Of a stretch of DNA of 64,000 nt, positions 24,736 through 36,700 are shown in pieces. The first letter of the stretch is position 1; the number at the start of each line of letters is the position of its first letter. The translations under genes were made by a program, and so were the position numbers. Origin of the DNA: Lytechinus pictus (lineage: Eukaryota); the NCBI RefSeq assembly GCF_037042905.1, contig NC_087261.1, positions 18,414,001-18,478,000 on the forward strand. Direction: 5' to 3'. The notes under the pieces are model-generated. The model was not told the DNA's origin. It made no database searches and saw nothing but the letters and a program-made list of their open reading frames with translations.

Positions 24736-26135
24736 ATGGATAATGTTATGGATAATATTGTTGGTTTGGATAATAGGTATTACACCCCAAACGATTTTTC
24801 GAACTTAATGAATAATTACAATACTAAAGATACTTTAACAATGCTTCATTTTAACTGTCGAAGCTTGAGACGTAATTTTAGCAGGTTCTCAGAATGTATT
24901 AATTGCTTTAAGAATTATATTACAGTATTTGGTATATCTGAAACATGGCTTAGAGATAATGAAGAACAATATTATAATATACCAGACTTTTCTTTTATTA
25001 CTAGTAACCGTGATAACAAGCGTGGAGGTGAAGTTGGAATGTATGTAAATAAAAATCTTAAATTTAAAAAGAAACCGGATTTAGACATTTTCCAAAATTG
25101 TATAGAGAGTTTATTTATTGAAATCCACATAAGATCAATATGTTTCATAGTTTCAGTCATCTATAGACCGCCTAGCCAATCATTAAAAGATTTTTTAGAA
25201 ACAGTTCAAATACCTTTAAGCAAAATCTCAAGTGAGAAAAAACAATGTATTATCATGGGGGATTTTAATGTTAATTTGATGGACCTAGATTTAATGTCAT
25301 GTAATCATGATTTTGTTAATATTTTTTCTACCTTTTCATATTTTCCATTAATTAATAAACCCACAAGGATAACAAGTAATTTGGCAACAATATCAGATAA
25401 TGTATTTTATAACCAACCTGAAAGTGTCGTAGAAGCTGGTATCATTACAACATATGTCAGTGATCACCTAACCCCTTTCGTCATAATTGAAGGTCCTTTA
25501 ATCTCTAATAATTCAAAGACCCATTACCCTATAAGAGACTTCTGTGAAAAAAATATGATTACATTTTGTAGAAAATTACAGTGTGTTGATTGGACATGTT
25601 TAAACAATACATAAAACGTTGATGAAGTTTATGATATATTTTTAGACATTTACAAAAAACTATATAATGAAAGTTTTCCAATAACAAATGTTAAAATAAA
25701 AAAGACATCTACAGAAATGTCATGGTTTAATACGGATATCAAGAAAATGTGCAAACGAAAATACTTTTTATATAAGAAATTTTTAAAGAACCCAACTTCC
25801 CATAGAGAGAATGTATATAAAAGTTACAGAAACATGGTCCATAGCTTCATTCGTAAAAAGAAGCGTGAATTCTATCATCATAAATTTGAAAATGTAAAAC
25901 ACAATTCTAGAGCGACATGGAAAATAATAAATAACATTTTAACAAAAAATAAGAATAGAGATGTTGATTACAGTATTGAAAATAATGGAGAAGTGACCGA
26001 TAATCAGCAAGAAATTGTAAGTGTATTTAATGATTTTTTTTTTTGGAGTATTGGTTCTAAAATACATGAGAGTACTAGAAATCTATCTCAAGAAAATAAC
26101 TTTAAAAGGTTTATGAAACACAGTATTTGTCATTC
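24736..26135 (+). mobile_element. CR1/L2-group LINE ORF2 fragment (APE endonuclease and linker)
   Basis: HFNCRSL, GISETWL, RGGEVG.YV, IYRPP, IIMGDFN, KPTRIT, SDH; in-frame stop at 25612; truncated before RT. Confidence 0.92.
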
Positions 26136-26544
26136 TACAGTGCCGGCCGCAGGAAACGTCACGCCCGAGCACGCAAACACCCTAGGGGGCTTTTGCGTCT
26201 AACCGAGGGTATTCAAGGGGAGCCCCCTAGGGTGTTTAGCCGCGCCCGCAGTTTCCTGCGTGCTATATAATATTGTCTAAGAAAGCTTAAACAACAAGAT
26301 AGAGTGTGACAAAGTATTAAACGCTTTTGATCAATCCATCGAAATAAGAATTGCATGTTTATTTTCATTAATATAATTTAAGATTAAACCAATTAGTTCA
26401 ATTAATGCAAACTAATTAAAACAGTCTTTCATAAAACCATATTAATATATACAGGCATAATATTTGCTAACTTCATTTTATCAAGAAAATAAATAAATTA
26501 CATATGCAAGTCAGTGGTTGAGTAATGCAATACACAGCAGGTTG

Positions 26545-27075
26545 AATCATATACATTGACAAAGTATCATATCCAGGGCTCTTTCCATGATATTCTTCAT
26601 GATATTAGCAACTTCATGTTCAGTAACGGGTTTAAAAAAGAAAGATTTGTTAAAATATGTTAGGCATGAAATCAGAGAATATTGAATTAGAATTCGGTGA
26701 AGACCGAGTAAGGTTTCCCCCCTATGGTAAGACAAAAGTCATTTCACGAATACATTCGCCACATCAAACGGATTTTCTATCTTAGCTTACATGATGGTGT
26801 ATAATTCCATTGATTGTATACGGTTTGTTTCTACCTAAAATTTCATTTAAGAACGTCCTTGTTTTCTTCAGATTACCTTTCTTTCTTCAAAATTTGTTAT
26901 AAAAATATGTTATTTTTGCAGAACGTATAAGTGTGTTTAATTCATTACGATATTTCTTATATTCTTATCATTCACATGTGTTGGCTTTGAATGAAATCGT
27001 TTATAAAGAATATGTTTTTCTCCTGATGGAATTAAAAAGAGCTCGTGTGATCCAGAGTTGACTAACATTTGCTCC
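26545..27075 (-). mobile_element. Second, degenerate CR1/L2-group LINE fragment (APE-RT linker)
   Basis: Minus-strand WIT...SIRRK..LYK...YKKYRNELNTLIRSAK...SFFFKPVT..EV...SPGYD, with frameshifts. Confidence 0.7.
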
Positions 27076-29764
27076 CCTAAAACACGTAAATGCCTACACT
27101 AAATGGACTGATGACTGAGAAAAAATGGCGACTGTCGTCTAATTTACAAACTAGTAGGCCTTTTAATTTGTGAATTACTACATGTATGAGTAATGCAATG
27201 ACCAGGAGTGTACATAAAAAGCTTCCAAAGCACTTTCTTTGCCAGTGTAAATAATCTTTTCTCCGAAAGTCTAAACCCAATTTTAGTTCATACATTTTAG
27301 CTATATATTTCTTTATCTCCATTGTTTGTAGCGATGTGTACGAAAAGTTGGCATACGTATAATGTTGTAAAGTGTGACTTTTCAATTCTGACCAGAAAGG
27401 AAACCTGCACCCAATCAATTTTAAAATAAATAGGCATTTATGAAGTGGAAATCTCCTGCGGGATCTAGCTCCCGACGGGATCAAATTCATCACCTGAAAC
27501 AATATGATATATTTTATTCTTCCACCTGTGGGCTAAGGACGTTTAGTAGTTGCCCTTCCTATGATCAGTGTTAGATGGCTAATCATAATCCTACAATTTT
27601 CTCAATCAGCTTTATCAATTTAAACCTAAAAAATTGGGAATGGGTTGGATGGAATAAATACCGTTTGCCTTCATATTGCACTAAGCCTCGTGACACCTTT
27701 GAGCGCCCTCAGTGAGGACAAGAAATATCATATTTAGATACCATATGCATGTCGATAAAAGCGTTGCACTTTATTGTTCAAATTGTTTATTTTGTGTTGC
27801 TTGAACAATGGTTCACTCCATTATTCTGGGGGATATTTTAGTACATTTACCCGAAATGTAGGTAATTCATATACCAAGAGTGCACCCATGGGGGTCTTTT
27901 ATGTGTACTACTTAAAAGCAAATCAAAGATTTTGATAAAGATAGCTCATAGTTCGCTAAAGGTACTTTTAGAAAGCTTCAAATTACCATTTTAATATTTG
28001 AAATTATCCTTTTTAAAAATATGGTACATTCTAAAAGCGGAAGAAGTGTAAAAATCAATCGAAGTTCCAATTCTCACCAGACATTTTATACAGCATCGCC
28101 GTCCGACTAATGAGTCTCTGCAAAGTCAGCGCAATTATTTATCCTGCTAAATTTAACTTGAAAAGTAAGTATAGAATATATTCTGATAAATCAGTCTAGT
28201 TTATTTCATTTCTGTTAAGGAGAAAATCAGGCTATTAATTTAAGTGTCAAGTTAAGCTGACGTTATCCTGTGACCATGAACTCAAAGCGTAGTTGCTGAC
28301 AAATGACTTATGACTACATAAAATATCAATGTATTATAGTGGGACCTCATGTAGAAATGTACAAATAACCCTATTTACAAGAGGATAATTGAATATTAAA
28401 GAAATGAATAGCTTGGACGATAGATTTATGAGGTATTTCAGTCAGTACCTATTTGTTGATGTGTCAAAGTTCATGTTTCTAAATAAATGACTTGCATACA
28501 TTTTTGAGCATGCATATAGATGCATTAAAAAGTGTTATTAAATTTTGAACTTTTCCTTTTCCCCCTAGTTATAATAGGAACTTGATTAATGGTTGAACAT
28601 AAGTTTTGTTTTTTGTTAAAAAGAAAGAAAAATAGCACATGGTTTCTTTAACATATACACACATATCATTTCATTTTCATTATACATTATTGACCTCAAA
28701 TGGTTGAAGAATCTTGCTTCTAGGCTGACCGTTGTTATAAATTCAGACTATATCCCTAAATGAAACTTTCTCTTATTTGCTTTACACTGTGGTATACCTT
28801 ATTTGTGTTTTGGTCTTAAAATGGTGAATTAAACTATTTGTCCCCTTCTCTTTGCAATGATTTTCGTGTGACAACTGAGTTGTACTACTTACACAGAAAC
28901 CAATGGGTGGAACTTATGTATACAAACCGTGGGAAAGATCACACGTTTCCAACTTTAATGAACACATCATTATACTTTATGTACAATTATCATGATGACA
29001 TATTACAAAATCAAGCAAATTTTAGAAAATGCATACTTACAATACATCGGTGACGTTGGACAACGAATGAGCAGAAGAATTGTCATACATATTGTTACTT
29101 CATTCTATAAAAAAAAAAGTAAATAAAAATCATATGCATATGAGACTACCAGATGTTCGTGCTGCCCCCTACGATCTATTTGCAAATCATCCAACCAGGA
29201 AGTTCCATTTGAACATGTTCAAGGGATGCCACAAAAGTTTGTTCAGTCAATGGGAAGGGTTCACTGCAGAGGAACTTGATTTAAATATTTCAGGAAAAAT
29301 TGCAAGACCCACAAAGACCTATTATCAATCATATGGAGACTTTCTCAAACAAAAATCAAAGGGAATTAAACAGTAATTAATGCATACATTGGGAAATCTA
29401 AATAAGGTAAATCAATTGACATGTTAGCAGTGTTGTAAATGTAATAAGAGCGAGAGGGGTAATAATGTTGAGTTGGAATTATTATGATGGAAATGGAGAA
29501 GGTTTTTATTAAAATATTTCAGGAAAAAAGGCAGGCCTAACAGCTATCACTCACCATTTATTTAGCCACGTTTCAGCATAAAAGAGTAACCTGTCTTTGA
29601 GTTAATTCCATGCAGACATGTTTAACAAACTTTCCCTAAGATTAAGCTTTTCCGTGTTTGTGATTTTATCAAAAGAGCCGTCTGAAATGTCGTATTCTGA
29701 TATCCGTATTTTTACAGCTTTGATCTGCAAATACAAGCCTACTTCGTAGGAAGCATCCAAGATC

Positions 29765-30796
29765 ATGACTAACAGCGTATTGGGAGTACTTCTAATCCAG
29801 ATGATGATATCATGTCAGATCGGATCAATCCAATCAGCTCCTCTCTCCTCCTACTTGGTTTCTTCATTTACCTCTCCTGATACTGACTCCAAACTACCAT
29901 TCAACCACATCGCCATCAACAACATCACAGGAGATATTTACATAGGGGCACGAGAGAGGCTTTACCAACTCGACTCCGAGCTCACCCTCAAAGAAACTGT
30001 TGATACTGGAAGCTGTCCTTTACTCAATAATAACAGATTCGTTAATGATAACAAACTCATTGTTCCTGTGGTAATACCTCAGAACTATAAGCTTATCACT
30101 TGTGGAGGGTGTAAAAATGATTGTCAGGTGAGGAACTTGGCTAATATATCACTAGACCTTTTCAATTTAGGCAATACTGACGAGGTTGCGGCGAAAGGAG
30201 ACCAACCTTCTGTTGGTGTCGTTGCTCTTGATGCTGACTTTGATAGTCGGGGAGTTGGTAAAGCTGATGGATTGTTTTACCTATTCATTGCGAGAAGTGG
30301 TGGTGGTCCTGGTTCCGGATTCACATTCATTTCAAAGAACAGTCTCGTAGACATTAAATCACAACAAAATATACCAGCGAATATCCTTACTGACGATTCA
30401 ACAAGGTCCAAACATATTATTTCGTACAAAAATTTTATATACGTTTTTATATCAAGACACGAGAAAACTTATTTAGGACGTCTTTGTCGTAATTCACTAG
30501 ACGAAGACTTCGAATCGTACACTGAGATAGAGCTACAATGTACACGTGGTGGATCTCAGAATATTATTCAATCGGCTTACATTGGACCAGCAGGATCCCA
30601 GTTAGCTGAATCAATGAATATCAACACCACGGATGACTTATTGTACGCGGTATTCTCATCTTCACCTTCGTCTTCTCTTTGTGTGTATAAGATGATCGAT
30701 GTCCAGCAGAGCTTCGAAGATGCCATCTTAGGATGCATTCTAGGAACTGAAACTGGCATCGCAAATAGCTTCATGTCTGGAAGTAAATGTGAAGAG
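29765..30796 (+). CDS. Plexin-like 2 first coding exon: signal peptide and Sema domain
   Basis: Hydrophobic N-terminus; FNHIAIN..TGDIYIGARERLYQL; YLGRLC...FESYTEIELQC; DDLLYAVFS; SSLCVY; acceptor ending at 29717; donor gtaagt. Confidence 0.93.
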
Positions 30797-33700
30797 GTAA
30801 GTTGTTTTGATTTGATGACCATGGATGGTTTTTCTTTTTTTTTTAAAGTAAAATCGAAATTGCTTTACTACCTAAAGCAATGTGTGAATGTGTCATTAAT
30901 TGAAGGGAAAATATAAAAAAGAGAGTACACACCTCGTTACCAATATTGCTTATAACGTTTCCATGTATTTAAATGCAAGATAAAAGAGCAGTGTCGATTA
31001 AATGCCGTGCTCACAGTCCCTTGACCGGAAATCGAACCCCGCACTATCCATGCGTAGCCATGCGCCTTATGCCACTCGGCCACGGCACCTCCACAATACT
31101 AGCTTAGAAAGGGGGGGTGCCTTTTGTGGTGATGTCCAAAAATTCATTGTTACGATACTGCAAAAAAATAACAATAAATATTTAGTTTTGGATTTGATTT
31201 CCTTTTCTTTTATTACAGGAAATTGATTATAGATTAAACAAATCAGAAATAATAATAGTGTTACATCTCTTGAAGTGCTGATTATTATCCAAAGTTAATC
31301 CAAGTTGGTTGGCGAAGATTCCGTAAATTAAAGTTCACAAGGATGGCGATGATGAAATTGATGTTGAAGCGCGATTAATAACAAAAGTCACTGTAACGAG
31401 TTGAAATGTCCGTGAAGACGATGTTGATGATGATTAACAGTCAATTTCAGCAATCCATGGGTTGAAAAGTGTTCATTAAAACAGGTTGATGATCTCGATG
31501 AGAACTGAGAATTCCTCTGCAAACAGTTCATTGGTGGCGTGCAAATAATTTCACAGAAGATAAATATTCCAGGTGGAAATAAAGTCTGCTCTTCCATAAA
31601 GTCTGGCGTGAAACTCTAAGTTCTGATCTGTTATGATGTGATGATGCCCTTGAAGAAACTGCCAGCTTACATAAACTAAGTATTCACTATTCTGGAAGTA
31701 TCTAGTATTCACTATTCTCGAAGCTTCTGGTATTGTCTTTAAAACGAAGATTCTCCTTCTTTCAGGAGCAGCCAAATTCTAGAAGGCTCTTAAATGACCT
31801 CAGTGAAATTAACAACATAGCTAATCCTATTTTTCATTTCCACAACCACTTGGAATCTCTTGGTGTTGCAGTCTCTATTCAGAAATAACAACATTCCTCA
31901 GTCTTTAAATAAGTGTAGGCATTCTGGAATACTCCTAATCATTCTATGCTATGAATATTCTTAAAGAGGAAATAACTAAATAAATGAATGTAATTGCTTT
32001 TACAATTCTTCTTATATATAACATCATGAAAAATGTCAAATGAAGGCACGCAAATATTTTATTTCCGTGAATGAAGGTTGAAATTTTACTACAAAGTGCG
32101 TATCAATAAAAAGTTTGAAAAAGTCATGGGAATTAAAAAATATGCAACTTGGGATTTTTTTTCCACATAAGTTCTTTAGTTTGGGACTCATCTATCTAAA
32201 GAAAACAAAACTTACACTTGGGTGAGCACTGCCAATTTTGTAAAAAAAACACAAAAAACAGAAATATGTTTGCGCAGAAATGTTCATTTTCACGCTTTGT
32301 GAAGGAAAAGGGCGAAAACAAACTGATTTCGCAATATTGCGCATGCACTTTTTAATGTTGAACCATTTGAAATAAAAAAAGATACATTTAAACATTTTGT
32401 AACAACTTTTCCACCAAAATTAACATTTTAATTCTAAGTTAGCTAAGCACAACCTTTACCCCTTTTTGTCTCAGCTGGATCTGAGAACATAACTGAGAGT
32501 AAAATAGGAGTTCATCTCAGAAACCTCCAGCATTTTTTTCTCTAGGTTTGTATCATTCAAAGGAGGACATCCCGATAGTCCGCGGGTCCGTTAGTCCGGG
32601 GGTCCGATAGTCCGCGGAGTCTGCTTCAAATGATATGACCTTCTAGAATAATTGGTCCTAGACAATTGCCCCTGAAAACTACCCCCAAAGGGTCGTATGA
32701 TATAGTTCGTGGGGCCGATAGACGCATTGTCAGTTAACACACAACTGTAGTTCACGCACATATTCAATCCTCGCCCCTCCCCCAACTATAATACACGTAT
32801 GCTCGTTCCCTATTTCTCCGGGAAAGTGGTAAGCATACATGTAAGGTTTACACCTGTGTGAGGGTATGTGTGTGTGTGTGTGGGGGGGGGGTTCAATCAT
32901 ATCCTTAGCTCCACGCGTACACACGTACAGGCGCGGTTCTAGACTATTTTTTCTGGGGGGGAGGGGGGGGGGGGTTGGGGCTTCTGGAGGCTTGATAAAT
33001 TTTCGATGTTGGATTCTTTTTTTACAATGAAAATGGCCTATTGTTGGTAGCATTATACCGACCAAGCACAGGGGCGGATCCAGCTTTCGCCAATAGGGGG
33101 GGCCGAAAAATATTTTCATCAACATTTTTCTCGATTGGCCGCTATATAATCAGATTTTTTGTTGGTTTTTCAGGGGGTAGTCCTAACTAAAGACTGAAGT
33201 TTTAAGTATATGTTAGTTTTTATTGTTATAAACAAGTTAAGGTATCTCATGTGGTCTTAATATATAATGCGAGCGCGAAGCGCGAGCTCAAATTCTTTGA
33301 TATTTTATGTCCTTAGACCTGAAGATTCTGAGGAGATTTTATAATCATGAAAAAATATAAGTATCCAACTAAACAATGCGAACGCGAAGCGCGAGGCGAA
33401 ATATTATTATAGTAACGTGAAAAGAGGATTCAATTAGGACTGTTGTTTAGTGATAAATGAAGAGGATTACAAGTATCACCAATTAACTAATGAGAGTGCG
33501 AAGCGCGAGCTCAAAATTTTTGATATTCCGACCTGAAAACTGGACAGTCTAAGCGCGTTTTTATTTTAATAAAGAACAAAGCTGTGTGTCTCAAACAATT
33601 AAATGCGAGCGCGAAGCACGAGCTTAATTTTTTGATATACTGACATGATAAAGGAGCATTTTGACAAATTGTAAGAATTTCCTAAGAGGATAGGTAACTC

Positions 33701-36700
33701 ACAAATCAAACAATGCGAGCGCGCAGCGCGAGCTGAAAATTGTGATATGTACTAACAATTTGTGTAAATCAAACAAAATAATGAAAGCTTGATGTGCGAG
33801 CTAAGACATTGTGTGCAAATTGATTTCAGAACTGGATATATACGTGCCATTTAATCCTCTTGAATGGGATTCATTACACAGGCAATGCGAGCGCGAAGCG
33901 CGAGCGAAATTTTTTATATAAAGTCTATTTTCCAATTCTTCCCTCACCTTTTTCTTGTTTCCTTTCGGGGTCGGGCCGGCCGTTACGAGGTTGTAAATTA
34001 CACAACATGGGTATGCTACCTCTTTCTTACTTTTCTTTCTGTTTTTCATAATTTATATCAAGTTAAAGAGTACACTTTTTCTGCAGGTTGTCAAAAAAAT
34101 AGGGGGGCCGGGGCGCGAAATTATTTTTCCCACCGAGTTCTGGACCAACATATGAATATTCATGACTTGCGTCTTCGGATTGAGAGTACGCATGCGCGTG
34201 GCCTCGATCAGTACCAGTGCCGATCGTAAGCAAGCATACACGCAGAATGAATTAGCATCGTCAAATTACCGGTACCCTTACATAGTTACATAGGTCTTAT
34301 AGGCTTAGATCTATATATATATATATATATATATATATCCAATTCTTAAACACAACTAGCTGCCATTAATGGCAAGACATGCATGTGCTAGGGTAGGGCT
34401 AGCTAGCTTAGGCTAGCGCATTAACTTTACCTCAAATCTGGACCTGTCTAATTAATGCCTAGTACTAATCAGTGTTGCAGTGCTTTGATGCTCGGCCTTG
34501 GCCTTAAGGCGCCTTAATGCCTAGCTACTTTTTCAAAGCCTTGGCCTTGAGGATTTTGAGCCTTGAAATTTTAAGGCATTTTCAAGGCATTTTCAAGGCT
34601 TTTTCAAGGCATTTTGTACTTTCATTTGTTTTAAATAAGTAATTATAAATGTTTCAATTGTTTTTTTTTTTATATATACCGGTATTTAATAACACTAATG
34701 GTCAATACTACCAATCACCAGTAACAGTAGCAGCAGCAGTAGTAAGTGTACTAGCAGTGTCATCAATTGTAATTGTCACCATTATCAAGAAATTCAAACA
34801 AAGAATACATCAGTTATGAAAAATAGCATTATGTATATTGGTAATGTGTTGTAATCATATGATGATAATGACAGTAAATAATAATGGTCATGATCAAGGT
34901 AATAGTGCTTTGATGACAAGAATAATTTTTACATCTGACTGCAATTTTGACAACAATTTTCATACTTTAAACATAGCTAACCCTAAAGAACGATAACAAG
35001 GTTGATTTCTATCCCATTAGGATTTTCCTTGTATTATTTTCTTTGGCCAACAAGAATGTTTTAAGTTTTAATGATATTCTGAAAAGGTTTGGTAAACTTG
35101 AACACAGTCTCCAATTTTTTCATATCCAAATGGGTTATGTCAATGGCATGATGGGCCATAAACTTTGAGGGGCCAAGCATGGCATATATAGAGCAAAATT
35201 TCTGTCAAAAAAAAAGAAGAAAGCGATTGAAGCGAGCGAGTGAACAAAATTTGTCCCCCTCTTTCTATAAGAAAAGCTAATTTTGCAATAGATTGTTTAA
35301 AAAATAATATCACATTTACTCCATCTTTTCCTTTCCCTTCCCCCCCCCCCCTTGTCTAAGTTTATTCTTGGTGGTGGGACTTCTTCTTCTCTCTATCTCT
35401 CTTCTAAATTTTATATTTGTTTTGGGTCAGATTGACAAAACAAAGGGGAAAAAATGTTTACTTCTTTTTAATCATATATCGTTCAACATTGAATCTCATT
35501 TCTCTACAGTTTCAAGGAAATAAACAACGTATTTGTTTTTGTGTCAATATGGTTTCAAGAAATAATAATTAACAAAAAATAATTTAATAATTAATCATTA
35601 TTAATATTATCAATAAGTATTAATGATTAATTAACTGTTTAATAAAAGTGGTTGTAAGCAGAAAAAAATATGAAAACTGACAAGAGTCCTAAAAATGACT
35701 CATTTTCAGTTTAAGCATTTGAAAATTTTAGCTTCCGCTTTGTGCTCTCTTGCCCCCCCCCCCCCCCCAAAAAAAAAAAATCCCTGTAGGATTTTTTTTT
35801 TCAAATGAAATATGCCCTTTTTAAAAAAGAAATACCTTCTTTAATAATAAAACATAATACATTTTAGGTTCGAAAATCACAGATTTTGAATCGTGCTTGC
35901 ATCAATTATTAGTACTGCTAATGGTTGCAAAAATGTATAGAATGTTGCTTTATGGTTGAAATATCACAAATATTTGGCTCGCTTCCTGCACTCGCATCAA
36001 TTATTGTACTCGTTCTCTTCCCGTTCACAAAAAAATGCTTAGAATGTCCAGTTTTCAGGTTGGAATATCACAAACTTTTGAGCTCGCGCTTTGCGCTCGC
36101 ATTATTTTTTATCGGTGAGTTATGTATCTTATTTAAAATGCAGTAATTAACTGCTTCCTTTACTGGTCAGTATATAAAAAGAATTAGCGAGCGCAAAGTT
36201 ATTTTTTAGTTAGATACACATCTTTTTCATGATTACAAAACCAGCTCAGAATAAAATAATTTCCATGTCTTATTACACGACATGTCAAGAAGTTTGAGCT
36301 GGTGATTCGCGCTGGCAACATCGCGCAAGGAAATTTCAACAATGATTAGCCCCATAATTGACCATAAATCAAGTTTTACAACATCAGAATTGATTTTTTT
36401 TTCAAAACCGCTTGCTCGCTATGCTTTCTCGCTGAGAAGTAAAACCTAAAGCAAAATATCTATCTTGTAATTAAAAATCATTTTAGAAAGCCTTTGCTCA
36501 ACTTAATTTCTATAAAACACACAATTACTTCACGCAGTTCATAATCTCATTTTGAAAATACATGTATCTGTTTGCACAAAAAAAAACTCATTTTGATAAA
36601 TGGGTGCCTTTTTGGCGTTGACCCCCCCCCCCCCAATAATAATTTTCTGCTGCCCCTGTCCCAGGGAGTGGAGAAAAAAATACGTTGAGAATGCCAGGAT

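Noticed and set aside
28080-28170. Candidate non-coding first exon or promoter of gene 2 (donor-like AA|GTAAGT at ~28165)
   Set aside because: A 5' UTR exon is implied by the acceptor ending at 29717, but its position cannot be supported without transcript data
30797-30916. C-terminal 39 aa of the 383-aa ORF as a stand-alone secreted Sema protein
   Set aside because: Strong GAG|GTAAGT donor at 30796 with in-phase continuation at 54676; the tail is intronic read-through
31290-31950. Coding-like composition on the minus strand
   Set aside because: Broken frames and no motif I can assign; a translated homology search would be needed
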